64,000 bases of DNA from Rebecca billardiae RCC1528 (lineage: Eukaryota > Protista > Haptophyta). Position numbers and translations under genes: made by a program. The notes under the pieces were generated by a model. The model was not told the origin of the DNA, did not search any database, and saw nothing but the letters and a program-made list of their open reading frames with translations. Shown here one piece after another: positions 1 to 11,624 of the stretch. The stretch lies in the NCBI GenBank assembly GCA_965240325.2, contig OZ251239.1, positions 1,488,001 to 1,552,000 on the forward strand, given 5' to 3'. Position 1 is the first letter of the stretch; every line of letters starts with the position of its first letter.

Positions 1-446
1 GCCACGGTCTTGGGAAGGCTTGGTGCAGCTCCCTCGCGGAAGGCTACCGGCTGGCGCGTCTGGACTGCCGCGTGAATCTTGGGGGTTGTCCGGTTCCATG
101 TCCGGTGACTTCCTCACCTGCTGCAAGGGCCTTGCCTGCTGGCTGCTGCGGCTGCTTGGCTGCTTGAGTCTTGAAGCTGATCAACAGCCGGACCTCTAAA
201 ATCGCTGAAAGCAAGTAAGCAACCCGGTCCCGGACTTCGACATGGGCCGGAAGCCGAATGCAGGGCGGCGAAGGGTCGCCGCCCTTTTTCTCAGCTTTTT
301 CCATCTGTGAGTCACTGAGTCTCCATCGGTCGCATTGGAGCGCTGCCGAGACTGAACTGGCCAATCAGCTGCGCCTGAGCAGCATCCGAAGGGACATTCA
401 GAAGTGCAGACGCGCGGCGGACCCGCGGTGGACGCGCGCATCTGCG

Positions 447-3400
447 ATGTCGAGCGGCGGCACGGCGCCCGAGGGCGGCGGGCGGCGCAGCTCGAACGAG
501 AGCGAGCTGAGCGAGAAGGCCTCCGCCCAGCGCGGCGAGCGCTCGCTCTCCATCGACGACTTCCAGGTCCTCTCCAAGCTCGGCGAGGGCGGCTTTGGGA
601 CCGTGCTGCTCGTGCGCAAGAAGTCGAACGGCAAGCTGTACGCGCTCAAGGTGCTGGTGAAGAAGAACATGACGAAGCACGGCGACGCGCAGCGCGCGAT
701 CTCCGAGTCCGCCGCGATGCAGGACCTCCGCCACCCGTTCATCGTCGAGCTGCACTACGCGTTCCAGGACGCAAAGCACGTGTACTTTGTGCTCGAGTTT
801 GTGGGCGGCGGCGACCTCTTCTCGCACCTCGAGCGCGGGATCTTCCCCGAGGCGTGGTGCAAGGTGTACATCGCAGAGATCGCACTCGCGATCGAGCACG
901 TCCACTCGCAGGACTTTGTCTACCGCGACCTCAAGGTGCGCGGCACGCGCGCGGCGCGCGTCGCGCAGCGCGCGGCGGCGGCGGCGGCCGGAGCCGCTGC
1001 GCGGCGGCGGCGGCGGCTAGCTGGCTGGCGCGGCTCTGGCCGTCACCGTGGGCGGCGGCCCACGAGCTTGCGTGCGCGCGACGGCGCGTGCCCGCCCTGA
1101 TCCCGCGCGCCCTTCGCGCGCGCGCTCGCGCCCTGCCATGCGGCGCGTCCGCGGCCTTTGGCGCGCCGCGCGCTCCGCGTGCGCACCAGCCGGAGAATGT
1201 TCTGGTCGGCTCGGACGGGCACCTGGTGCTGGCGGACTTTGGGCTGGCGAAGAAGGTGCAGTCGCGCAAGACGGGCAAGCGGCTGATGACGCTGATCGGC
1301 ACGCCCTCGCTGCTCGCGCCCGAGCAGTTCCTCGAGAAGGATTATGGAAACTCGATCGACTGGTGGGCGCTCGGGCTGCTGTTCTGCGAGATGCTGATGG
1401 GCGAGACGCTGATCGTGGAGGTGGGCGACGACAACCTGCACGCGCTCATCGAGGCGTTCAAGCAGCAGCGCCACCTGCGCGCCGCGCCAGCGTACGCGCG
1501 CGGCGCATGGCGGCACGCTCGCGGTCGGCGCGGGGCGCGGCTGGGCGCACGCTCGGCGCCGCCGCGGTGCCGCGGGCTCTCACGCCCGCCTGCGCGGCCT
1601 GCTCGCTCCCCCCCGTGCGCAGCTGGGTGTCCGCCGAGGCGTCCGACCTGATCACCCGGCTGCTCACCGTGCCCCGGCACAAGCGGATGTGCTGCGGCCC
1701 CGAGGGGTTTGCGGAGCTGCAGCGACATCCATTCTTCAGCGGTGCGCGTGCGCACGCGCCCGCCCGCCCGCGCGCGCCGCCGCGCAGGGGTGGGGGCCGT
1801 GCGCAGCGCGCGGGGAGGGCGGCGTGGCAGCGCGTCGCGTGCGCGCGGCGGCGGCGTGGGCGTGCCCGATCCTCGCGCGTGCCCGCGCTCGCTCACCCGG
1901 CGCGCGCGCACACGCGCGGCCCACCGCCCTCGCCGTCGCGTGCGGCGCGGCGCGGCGCGGCGCGGCGCGGCGCGGCGCGTTGTGCCGGTGCGTGGTGTGC
2001 GCAGGCATCGACTGGGACAAGCTGTACCGCAAGGAGATCGAGGCGCCGCTGCGGCCGTTCGCGATGGGCGCGCGCGCGCGCGAGCGCACGCGCCCCAACG
2101 AGGTCCTCTCCATCGTCTCGCAGGAGCTCACCGAGCTGGAGGACGAGTTCACCGAGTTTCAGAACATGGACGAGGAGAAGCCGCTGGGCGGCGCGGCCGC
2201 GGCCGCGTGGAGCTCGGCGCTGTGCGACGCGGCGGCGCGCGCGGACCTGCAGATGCTGCGCGACATGGTGGCCAACGGCGCGCCCATCGACGTCGGCGAC
2301 TACGACCGCAGGTGCGCGGCCGCACACTCGGCGCCGGCGCGCGGCGCGCGGCGCGCGCCGAGGCGGAGGCGGCGCGCTCGCGCGCCGCTGAGCCTAGCCT
2401 CGCCACCACCGCCGCCACCGCCCACGGCCCCGACCCACCCGCGCTCCTCTCCCCCCCCTCCGCGCGCACACCCCGCGCGCCCAGGACGGCGATGCACCTC
2501 GTCGCCTCCGAGGGCGCGCTCGAGGTCCTCAAGTTCCTCGTCGAGGAGGCCAAGGCCGACATATCGCCGCAGGACCGCTGGGGCGGCACTCCGCTCGACG
2601 ACGCGATCCGACACCGGCACCACGAGTGCGTGTCCTACCTCGTCTCGAAGGGGGCGCGGAAGGGGACGGGGCGGCAGGACGCGACGGTGGGCGACCTGTG
2701 CGACGCGGCGGCCAACGGCGACGTCGACCACCTCCGCGAGCTCTTCGCGCAGGGCGTCAACGTGAACGAGGGCGACTACGACCGGCGCACCGCCATCCAC
2801 CTGGCCGCCTCGGAGGGGCTGCTCGAGGTCGTGCAGTTCCTGGTCGAGGAGGCCAAGTGCGACATCAACCCGGAGGACCGGTGGGGCGGCACGCCGCTGG
2901 ACGACGCGCTGCGCTCGGAGCACGCCGTCGTCGCCGAGTACCTCGAGGACCACGGCGCGCGCCACGGCCACGGCCGCCCCGTCGAGAGCTCGTCGGCCGA
3001 GCTGTGCACAGCCGCGGCCACGGGTAACCTGGGTGCTCTGCGCGCGCTCGCCGCGAAGAAGGGGCTCGACGTGAACGCGGGCGACTACGACAAGCGCACG
3101 GCGATCCACCTGGCGGCGTCGGAGGGGCTGCTCGAGGCCGTCAAGTTCCTCGTGGAGGAGGCCAAGTGCGACGTCAACCCCGTCGACCGCTGGGGCGGCA
3201 CGCCGCTCGACGACGCGCTCCGCTCCAAGCACGCGACCGTGGCCGCATACCTGCAGGGGCACGGCGGGCTCAAGGGCGGCGGCGTGGAGGGCGGCGGGCA
3301 GCTCACGACGGTGGACGTGTGCTCCGCCGCGGCGGCGGGCAACATCGAGCAGCTCCGCGCGGCGATGGCCACCGGCACCGACCTCGGCCTCGGCGACTAC

Positions 3401-4498
3401 GACAAGCGCACCGCCCTGCACCTCGCCGCTTCCGAAGGTCTGCTGCCCACGGTGCAGTTCCTGGTGGAGGTGGCGGGGGTGCCGCACAGCCCGGTCGACC
3501 GGTGGGGCGGCACGCCGCTGGACGACGCGCTGCGGCACAACCGGCACGAGGTGGTCGGCTACCTCCGCGCGCGCGGCGCGCACACCGCCGCCGCCGCCGT
3601 CGAGAGCTCGCGCCTCGACTCGTCCGCCATGGACCTCTGCGGCGCCGCGTCCGCCGGCAACGTGACGGCACTGCGCGTGCTGGTCGTGCAGGGCGCCGAC
3701 CCGAACACGGGCGACTACGACAAGCGCACGGCGCTGCACCTCGCGGCGTCGGAGGGCCACCTCGAGGGCGTGTCGTACCTCCTCGACGAGGCCTCCGTCG
3801 ACGTCAACCCCGTCGACCGCTGGGGCGGCACGCCGCTCGACGACGCGCTCCGCTCGGGACACACTGCCGTGGTCGAGCTGCTGATTGCGCGCGGCGGCGT
3901 GCGCAGGCGGCGCGGGAAGCGCGGCGGCGGCGGCGGCGGCGGCGCGGGGGCGGCGGGCGCGGGCGTGGGCGGCGTGGCGGGCGCGGGCGTGGGCGGCGCG
4001 GTGGGATCCGCCTCCGCCGCCGCCTCCGTCGCCGCCGCCCTCGCGCTCACCACCATCGACGAGGCCACGCGCCCGCGCGCCTCAGGCTCCGGAGACGAGA
4101 CAGGCTCTGTCACGAGCGAGGCGAGCTCGATGGCGACCGGCTCGGCGGCGGGCGGCTCGCAGCACGGCGCGCCGCCCAAGCCGGCGCACCCGCTGCCGCG
4201 CGTGAGCCGCCGGCCGGACACGCTCGAGTGCCCGCTCACCGGCTGCCAGTTCGTCGAGCCCGTCGTCGCCGATGACGGTTACACTTACGAGCGCGCCAAC
4301 ATCGTCGCTTGGCTGCAGGAGCATGGGCCCTTCTCGCCGCTCACGCACGTGCCGATGCGCACCAAGCGGCTCGTGCCCAACTTCACGGTGAAGGAGTTCA
4401 TCGTGGCGCACCCCGCCGCGGCGCACGCGCGGCCGCACCACCCGTTCGCCACGCGCTCCTCGCCGCCCGATCGCGGCGGCCACGCCCACGCCCACGCC

Positions 4499-4543
<45 letters not shown>

Positions 4544-4837
4544 AGCGGCAGCGGGCACGAGACGTCGCCACCGGGCCGGCGCGTCGCGTGGCAGCTGGAC
4601 GACGGCGGCGCGCCCAAGCCGGCGGAGGCGGACGGCGCGCAGGCCGGCGGCGGGCAGAGCAGCAGCTGGATGCGCAAGCTGCAGCACACGAGCGTCTCCT
4701 TCACCCAGCGCTTCGGCGGGCGGGGCGGCAGCGGCGACCGCGGCTCAGCGGAGCGCACGAGTGGTAGCAGCAGCGACCACGAGCACCACCCGCCCGCGCG
4801 GCCGGAGCGCGCGTGGGGCGCGCACACGGCCAGGTGA
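447..4837 (+). CDS. AGC-family Ser/Thr kinase fused to five ankyrin-repeat modules and a C-terminal U-box; exons 447-935, 1190-1491, 1623-1741, 2005-2311, 2485-4837
   Basis: GEGGFG, YALK, VYRDLK|PEN, DFG, GTPSLLAPE, IDWWALG and HPFFS|GIDWDKL join in frame across four GT..AG introns. Five copies of GDYD(K/R)RTA.HL.ASEG...DRWGGTPLDDA follow, then U-box-like LECPLTGCQFVEPVVADDGYTYERANI...SPLT...LVPN. Confidence 0.9.
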
Positions 4838-5485
4838 CCGGCCAGCCGACACCCGGTACTCGCCGCGCCGCCGGGCAAACCGCGCGCGCGACGGCGCGAC
4901 AACGAGGGAGCCGCACGCGCTGCCGTGGGCTACCAATGACCGTCCGGCCGTCCGTCGGGCGGATGCGACTAGTGACTCGCCGGCCGCCTGAAGCGCGGAA
5001 CTCTGCTTACTCTGCCACGCACTGCTGACTGCTGCCCCGCCTTTTTAAAATCAGACGACGGCGGCGCGGTTCCGAGTCATGCAGCAGACCGCGCGCCGCT
5101 TACTCTGGCGGCGGTGCGATGATCGAATAATATAACATCGTCGTCAATGACACTCGGCGGACTCGGCCGCGCCGCGTCGCCAGTCGCGGAGGCCGCCCGC
5201 CGGAGGCCGAGGCGGCGCACCAGGGTCACACCGACACACGCGCAGTCACCGCGCAGTCATGCGGCGTGCCGGTCCGCGAGCAGCTGCAGCAGCCCCGCCG
5301 GCCGTCGTACCGGCCGCTTCTGATCCGCGACTCATGATCAGCTCAACCCGGACGAGTGGCACGCGCACCGCCCGAGGGCAGCGGTCCTCGCGCCGCCCGG
5401 GCCCGGGATCGGACGGCAGCCCAGTACTGCTCGGAGTAACCACTGAGTACAGGTACTGCTCGGAGTACTGGGCTGCTCCGAGCAC

Positions 5486-6666
5486 TCACGACTTCCCTGC
5501 CTTGGACTGCGTCGAGAGGAAGCGCGGGTTCTTCGCGCCGAGTCGGTAGTCCTCCGACACGGCGCGCTGGTACTGCCGCCACTCCGCGTTGCGTATCCAG
5601 GCGGAGGTGGGCTGCAGCAGCTCGCCGAATTGCTCGCGCATCTGCGCCACAGGGGGGCGGGCGCACGCGCGCGGCGGGGCGGGCACACACGCCGCCGCGG
5701 GAGTCGGGTGTGAGGCTGTGAGCGTGGGCGGCGCGTGTCGCGCAGCACGCGCGCGTGATGCAGCGCCGCCGCGGGGCGACGCCCACGACCGGGCGCCTGT
5801 CTGCACGGGGGCGCGGCAGCCGGCGCCGCCGGCTGACAGACGCATCGCCTCAGCCCGAGCGGCCGGGGCCCTCCCACCGTCAGCGCGCGCGCGGTCGAGC
5901 GCACCCGCCGTCGGTGCACGCAGCAGCGCACCTTGTGGTACTCCTCGTGCTTCGACGGCGGCAGCGGCTGAATGGGCGGCATGGGCGGCGGCGGCGGCGG
6001 CGCGCTCATCGCCGCCTCCGCCTTCCACTTGGCCACCTTCCGCTGGTGGATCGCGAACGTGGTGATCGGGTCGAAGTCGTTCACCTGGAGCTCCCACTCC
6101 TCGTGCACGCGCGGCGGCACGTGCACTTTGGGCCGCACGGGCGGCGGCGCCCAGCCGAGGCGGAACTGGGCGCCGGTGACGCCCTCGGCGAGGAGCTGGT
6201 CGATCGCCTCGTCGCTCACCGCGCCGCCCTCCTCGCCGCCCGCCCTCGCGCCGCCCGCGCCCGCCGCCAGCACGGCGCTGTTGGTGCTACCGGGCAGCAG
6301 CCCGTAGTTGGAGAGCGACTGCTCCTCGACGGGGGCGGGTCGTCTCGAGGAGGGGAGCGTGCGCGTCGTGGTCTGGTGCGCCGCGTGCAGCTTGTGGTGC
6401 AGGTCGTGCCGCACGAAGCTCTGCCCTGCGCTCGGCATGGCCGCGTCCGGCTTGGGCCACGGCGCCTCCGCGGGCCACGAGACCTCGCTGCCACTCCACT
6501 GCATGCACGGCTGAATCGAGGCGCGCAGGTGCAGGGGCACGCCGCTCGTGGTCGGGGCGCTTGGCGCCGGCGTCCGCTCGGCGGGTGCGTGGATGGACTG
6601 GTTCGCCCGCGCCGCCCTCACGGCGTCGCGCTTCGTCCACCGCCTCGCGCCCGGCGGCGGCGGCAT
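5486..6666 (-). CDS. Hypothetical proline-rich protein; exons 6666-5932 and 5641-5486
   Basis: Coding-like codon usage. Intron 5642-5931 (GTGCGC..GCGCAG on minus) joins HEEYHK to MREQFGELL...KAGKS-stop in frame. No domain recognised. Confidence 0.65.
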
Positions 6667-7614
6667 TGCTCTCGCGGGTCGGAGACTGAAACCGACAAAA
6701 ACGCGACGTTACAGAGGCTTCCGACGAAACCGGCCGCAACTGCTGTACAAGGTGGGCAACAAGGGCGCGCTGGAGACGGCGGGCCGCTCGATCGCGCGCG
6801 TGAGCGCATGGCGACGACCCGGCGCTCTGTACAGCGCCAAGCCAAGCCGTATGTTGCCGCTACTTGGTGGGCTAGCTCGAGGTGTGCACTGCGCGGTGGC
6901 AAGCACGGCCCAGGCCCCGCGGCTGCCCAGGAGTTGTGAGCGCTCGGCGCCTCGCCCGACCAGCGGCCGAGCTGCGGCAGTCCGGGATACTCCGGACTCC
7001 GGTGCGGCAACCAGACCGAGCGCCACTCGGACGAGCCGGGCGCACGCCCCCAGCCGCCGCTCCACGAAGCCCCACCGCGAGCGCGCGAGCCCCGCGTCCG
7101 ACTGCGCGAGTCTGCGGCACTGCCGGGTGTCTGCGGCGCGCGGCGCGACAACTCTGCTCAGCGCGCACACTAAGGATGGGCGGGAGCCCCTCGGCCATCG
7201 CTGACGTGGGAGCCAGAGGCGCGGCACGCCGTGCGCGCGCGTTGGGATGCACCGCGCTGGCCGCTCGTCTGCACGTCGGAGGCACACCGCGCCAGCAGGC
7301 TTGGTTGGCGCGTGTGAAGCTGGGCGCGTCTGGCGGCCCAGCGCGCGCGACCCGCAAGCCCGTGTCAGCGCCAGCAATGTGGCGACGGCGTGCGAGGCGG
7401 CCGGCGTGTGCTCCCAGATGGTTGCGGACGAGGGCGTGGCGCTCACGCGCGGCCATGGCTCCAGTGCCACGCCGGCTTGCTTGCTCGCCGCGCTCGTCCG
7501 GCTTATTCGCCGCCATCGTGCGCCGGACGACGACTGGTCACCAAGGGGCCAGCCAGCAATCGCTCGCCAAGGGCTCGCGTGAGCGACCTAACCGTTCGAG
7601 TGAGCGGCGCGGAC

Positions 7615-10600
7615 ATGCCGCCCAAGGCGGGGAAGAACTCGGAGGCGGTGAAGGTGGTGGTGCGATGCCGCCCGCTCAACTCGACCGAGCAGGCGAACGG
7701 CAACCATCGGTGCGCTGCCGCGCCGGACACGCCAGCGGTGAGCCTGCGCGGCGCGCTGATGCGCGCGCGCGCGTCCGCCCGCGCGGCCGGCGCGCAGCAT
7801 CGTCGACATGGACAATAAGATGGGCTCGGTGATCCTGAAGCGCCCCGACGAGCGCAATGAGGAGCCCAAGATCTTCTCGTTCGACCACGTCTACGACTGG
7901 GAGTGCGCGCTCCGCGCGGCACGCGCGCACGCGCGCGCGCTCGCGCCATGCGGCGCCGCGCTCACGCGCGCGCGCGCGGCCGCGCGCCTGCCGGTGCTGC
8001 CTCGCGCGCAGCTCGATGCAGCAGACGCTGTACGAGGAGACCGCGGCTGCGATCGTCGACTCGGTGCTACAGGGCTTCAACGGCACCATCTTTGCGTACG
8101 GCCAGACCGGCACGGGCAAGACGCACACGATGGTGCCGTGGCGCGCCGCGCGCGCGCGCGCGCGCGGCTCGGCGCTCGCCGTGCCCGCCGCGCCGCCGCG
8201 CCGCGCCCAACGCCACGCCGCCTCCCCCCGCGCGCGCAGGAGGGCATGCCGCAGCCCGAGGAGATGCGCGGCGTGATCCCGCGCGCGTTCCACCACATCT
8301 TCAACGAGATCACCGCGGTCGCCTCTCCGGAGAAGGAGTTCCTCGTGCGCGCGTCCTATCTCGAGATTTACAACGAGGACGTGCGCGACCTGCTGGCGAA
8401 GAACCACACGTCGAAGCTGGAGCTGAAGGAGAACGTGGACTCGGGCGTGTACGTGAAGGACCTCACCTCGTACGTCGTCAAGTCGGTGAAGGAGTGCGAC
8501 AAGCTGCGCGAGTTTGGGCACAAGAACCGGAAGACGGGCGAGACGTTGATGAACAAGGACTCGTCCCGCTCGCACGCCATCTTCACCGTGACGGTGGAGC
8601 AGTGCGTGACGATGCCCGACGGGCACGTCTCGCTGCGCATGGGCAAGCTCAACATGGTCGACCTCGCGGGCTCCGAGCGCCAGTCGAAGACGCAGGCGAC
8701 GGGCGAGCGCCTCAAGGAGGCGACCAAAATCAACCTCTCGCTCTCGGCTCTCGGCAACTGCATCTCCGCGCTGGTGGACGGCAAGTCGTCGCACATCCCG
8801 TACCGAGACTCGAAGCTGACGCGGCTGCTGCAGGACTCGCTCGGCGGGAACACCAAGACCGTGATGATCGCGAACGTCGGGCCCGCCGACTACAACTACG
8901 ACGAGTCCCTCTCCACGCTGCGCTACGCCAACCGCGCCAAGAACATTCAGAACAAGCCCAAGATCAACGAGGATCCGAAGGACGCGATGCTGCGAGAGTT
9001 CCAGGAAGAGATCCAACGGCTGCGCGACCAGCTCAACGCGGCGGGCGGCGGCGGCGGCGGCGGGGGCCCCGGGCGCGTGGTGGAGAAGGAGGTGGTCGTG
9101 GAGAAGGAGGTCGTCGTCGAGCGGCAGGTGGGCGTGCCCGAGGAGGAGGTCGAGCGCATCAGGCGCGAGCTGGAGGAGCAGCGTGAGATCGAGCGGCAGG
9201 CGCTGACCGACGCCAACATGCAGCAGCGCGAGGAGGCGCTGCGCGCGCAGCAGGCGCTGCTCGAGCAGCAGAGCGAGCTCGAGAAGCACATGGGCGAGCG
9301 CGAGGAGGCGGAGCGCAAGCTGCGCGAGCTCGAGGCCAAGCTGATCGGCTCGAACGGCGAGTCGATCGTGGACGCGCACGCAAAGCAGCAGGAGGCGCTC
9401 GAGCGCGCGCAGGTCGAGCTGCAGCGGCGGCAGGAGCAGGAGGCGCTGATCGCGCGGCAGCTGCAGGAGCACCAGGACGAGCTGCTGCAGGTGCGCGCGC
9501 GCGCCCCTTCGCTCACGCGCGCCGCGCCGGGAGCACCACCCGGCGTCCGCGCCGCGAGACGCCGCGCCGCACGGCGGGCGGCAGGCTGTGCGTGGCTGAG
9601 GGGGTGGGGGCTGGGTTGGGGTAGGGTAGGGTTAGGCCGCACGGCGGGCGGCAGGCTGTGCGTGGCTGAGGGGGTGGGGGCTGGGTTGGGGTAGGGTAGG
9701 GTTAGGCCGTGCGGCGGCGGACGCCTCCCACCGCTGCCGGCTCGTGCCTCACGCCCCGCGCCGCCCCCTCCCGCCCCCGCCGCCCGTCCGCCCGCACAGC
9801 GCGAGGAGCAGTACGGCTCCCTGCAGGAGGAGGTGGAGGCCAAGTCGCGCAAGCTCAAGAAGCTGTACGCAAAGTACAAGGCGGCGCAGGCCGAGGTGAC
9901 GGACCTGCAGGCGGAGTTCCAGCAGGAGCGGGAGGACATGCTCGAGACGGTGCGCGAGCTCACGCGGCAGCTCAAGCTCAAGGCGCTCGTCATCGACCAC
10001 TTCATCCCGCCGGAGGAGCAGGCCAAGATCGAGCAGCGCGCCGAGTGGGACGATGTACGCGGCGGGCGCAGCGGGCGCAGCGGCGGGGCGCAGCAGCGGG
10101 CGGGGGCGCGCGGCGGCGCGGCGCGCGGCCGCACCGGCGAGCGGCGCGCGGCGCGCGGCGCGCGGCGGGCGCGGCGGCTCACGCGCGCGCGCGCCGACGC
10201 GCGCGGCCGCGCGCAGGAGCACGAGGACTGGAAGATCGCGCGGCTCGAGGTCTCGGGCAACGAGATGGCGAAGCGGCCGCAGGCGAGCAAGCACGCGCGC
10301 CGGCCCGTCTCCGTGCACGCGAAGGTGGCGGCGATCGTGGGCGGCGGGACCAACCCGCGGTACAAGGGGGAGAACGTGCTCGCGCTCGACCTCGACATGG
10401 CGGAGCGCACCACGCAGGACTACGAGTCGCTGCAGCTCAACCCGAACATCGAGCAGGCCATCAAGGAGGCCCTCGAGGACGACTCGGGCGAGCTGCAGGT
10501 CGACGGTGCCGAGAACCTGCCCTCGGTGGGGGGCGGCGTGTACTACTCGTACGACCCGGACGGCAGCAGCAAGGGCAAGGGCGCGCGCAAGAAGAAGGGG

Positions 10601-10717
10601 CAGGGCAGGAGGCAGGACGAGCTGCACGACGCGGACGCGCTGCTCGGCTCGTCCAACTCGCGCGCCGGGCGCGACGAGTACCCGCAGGCCCGCGGCCTCG
10701 TGCCTTCGAGGGGATGA
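7615..10717 (+). CDS. Kinesin-2 motor subunit (KIF3/FLA10/FLA8-like, anterograde IFT); exons 7615-7709, 7798-7902, 8012-8132, 8240-9490, 9800-10054, 10217-10717
   Basis: [55 protein letters not shown], neck [21 protein letters not shown], coiled stalk with IDHFIPPEE and tail YPQARGL typical of kinesin-2. Five frame-consistent introns. Confidence 0.93.
9566..9709 (+). repeat. Exact 70-bp tandem duplication with G-tracts inside kinesin intron 4
   Basis: 9566-9635 is repeated at 9636-9705 and contains GGGGGTGGGGGCTGGGTTGGGGTAGGGTAGGGTTAGG. Confidence 0.9.
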
Positions 10718-10914
10718 CTGTCGGACCGCAATCATGCCAGCGCCGTCGCGGGCGGCGCGGGACCACCGGTGGAGTCGATGGACGAGCGGCGCCGCCACGC
10801 CGACGCTGGCGCCAGTGATGGCGACTGGCCGTACTGGCGGGGGCGGCGCGCTGATGCTGGCGGCCGGATCGTAGCAGCACCGGTCTGCACCGGTAGCCGA
10901 TTGGCGTACCGAGC

Positions 10915-11488
10915 GGCAATCGTGGGCAATAACTGGACGAGCAGTAGTGTCACGCGCGTTATAAGAAACTGGGGCTTGCTATCATCTGCGGATCTGATGG
11001 CGGCCTAGAAACTGAGACTAGCGATTGCTGGCTGGTTCGCTATATACGCATAGTAGGTCACACTAAGAAACCGCGGGACAGTACGTCGTCCCGGCTGACG
11101 AGTGGTCCGCCGAGCAGCGAGGGCGAGGCGCAGTCGGCCCGTCGCCGTCGCCGGGGACGCGGCGCCCGCGGCCCGACTACGAGTACATGCAGGCCAAGTC
11201 CCGACTGGCTCCTGATGACTGACTCCTGGCCAGTGCACCGCGCAGCATCCATGCAACATCATGATGCCAGATTTGCTCCAAAAAGGCCCAAAATTTTCTT
11301 CGGCCTCGCCGGCCGGGCCTAAAGACTCAGCGGGGGGCTCTGCCCCCCTGCGCCCCCCGCGCCTGCGCGGCGGGCGGACCTAGCTACAGTAAGAAACTGA
11401 GTAGACTGCGTAGGCGCTCGGGCTACCGAACGGCTAAGAAACCGAGGCTAGCCGTGAGATCTCTGACTTCTTATTGCCCGCGATTGCC
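10915..11488. mobile_element. Degenerate MITE-like element of about 574 bp
   Basis: 18-bp inverted termini GGCAATCGTGGGCAATAA / TTATTGCCCGCGATTGCC (1 mismatch) and five internal TA(A)GAAACYG motifs at about 10962, 11006, 11064, 11390 and 11435. No TSD seen. Confidence 0.5.
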
Positions 11489-11624
11489 TGTAGTCAGGCC
11501 GCCGAGCGTGCCGACGATAGCCTGGCAGACTCGGACCGGCGCGGCTCGCGGAGCGGACGACTACCGACGAGCGGGTCGACGGCCGCTCACGGCTGCTCAG
11601 ACTCACTGACTCAGTAGACAATAT

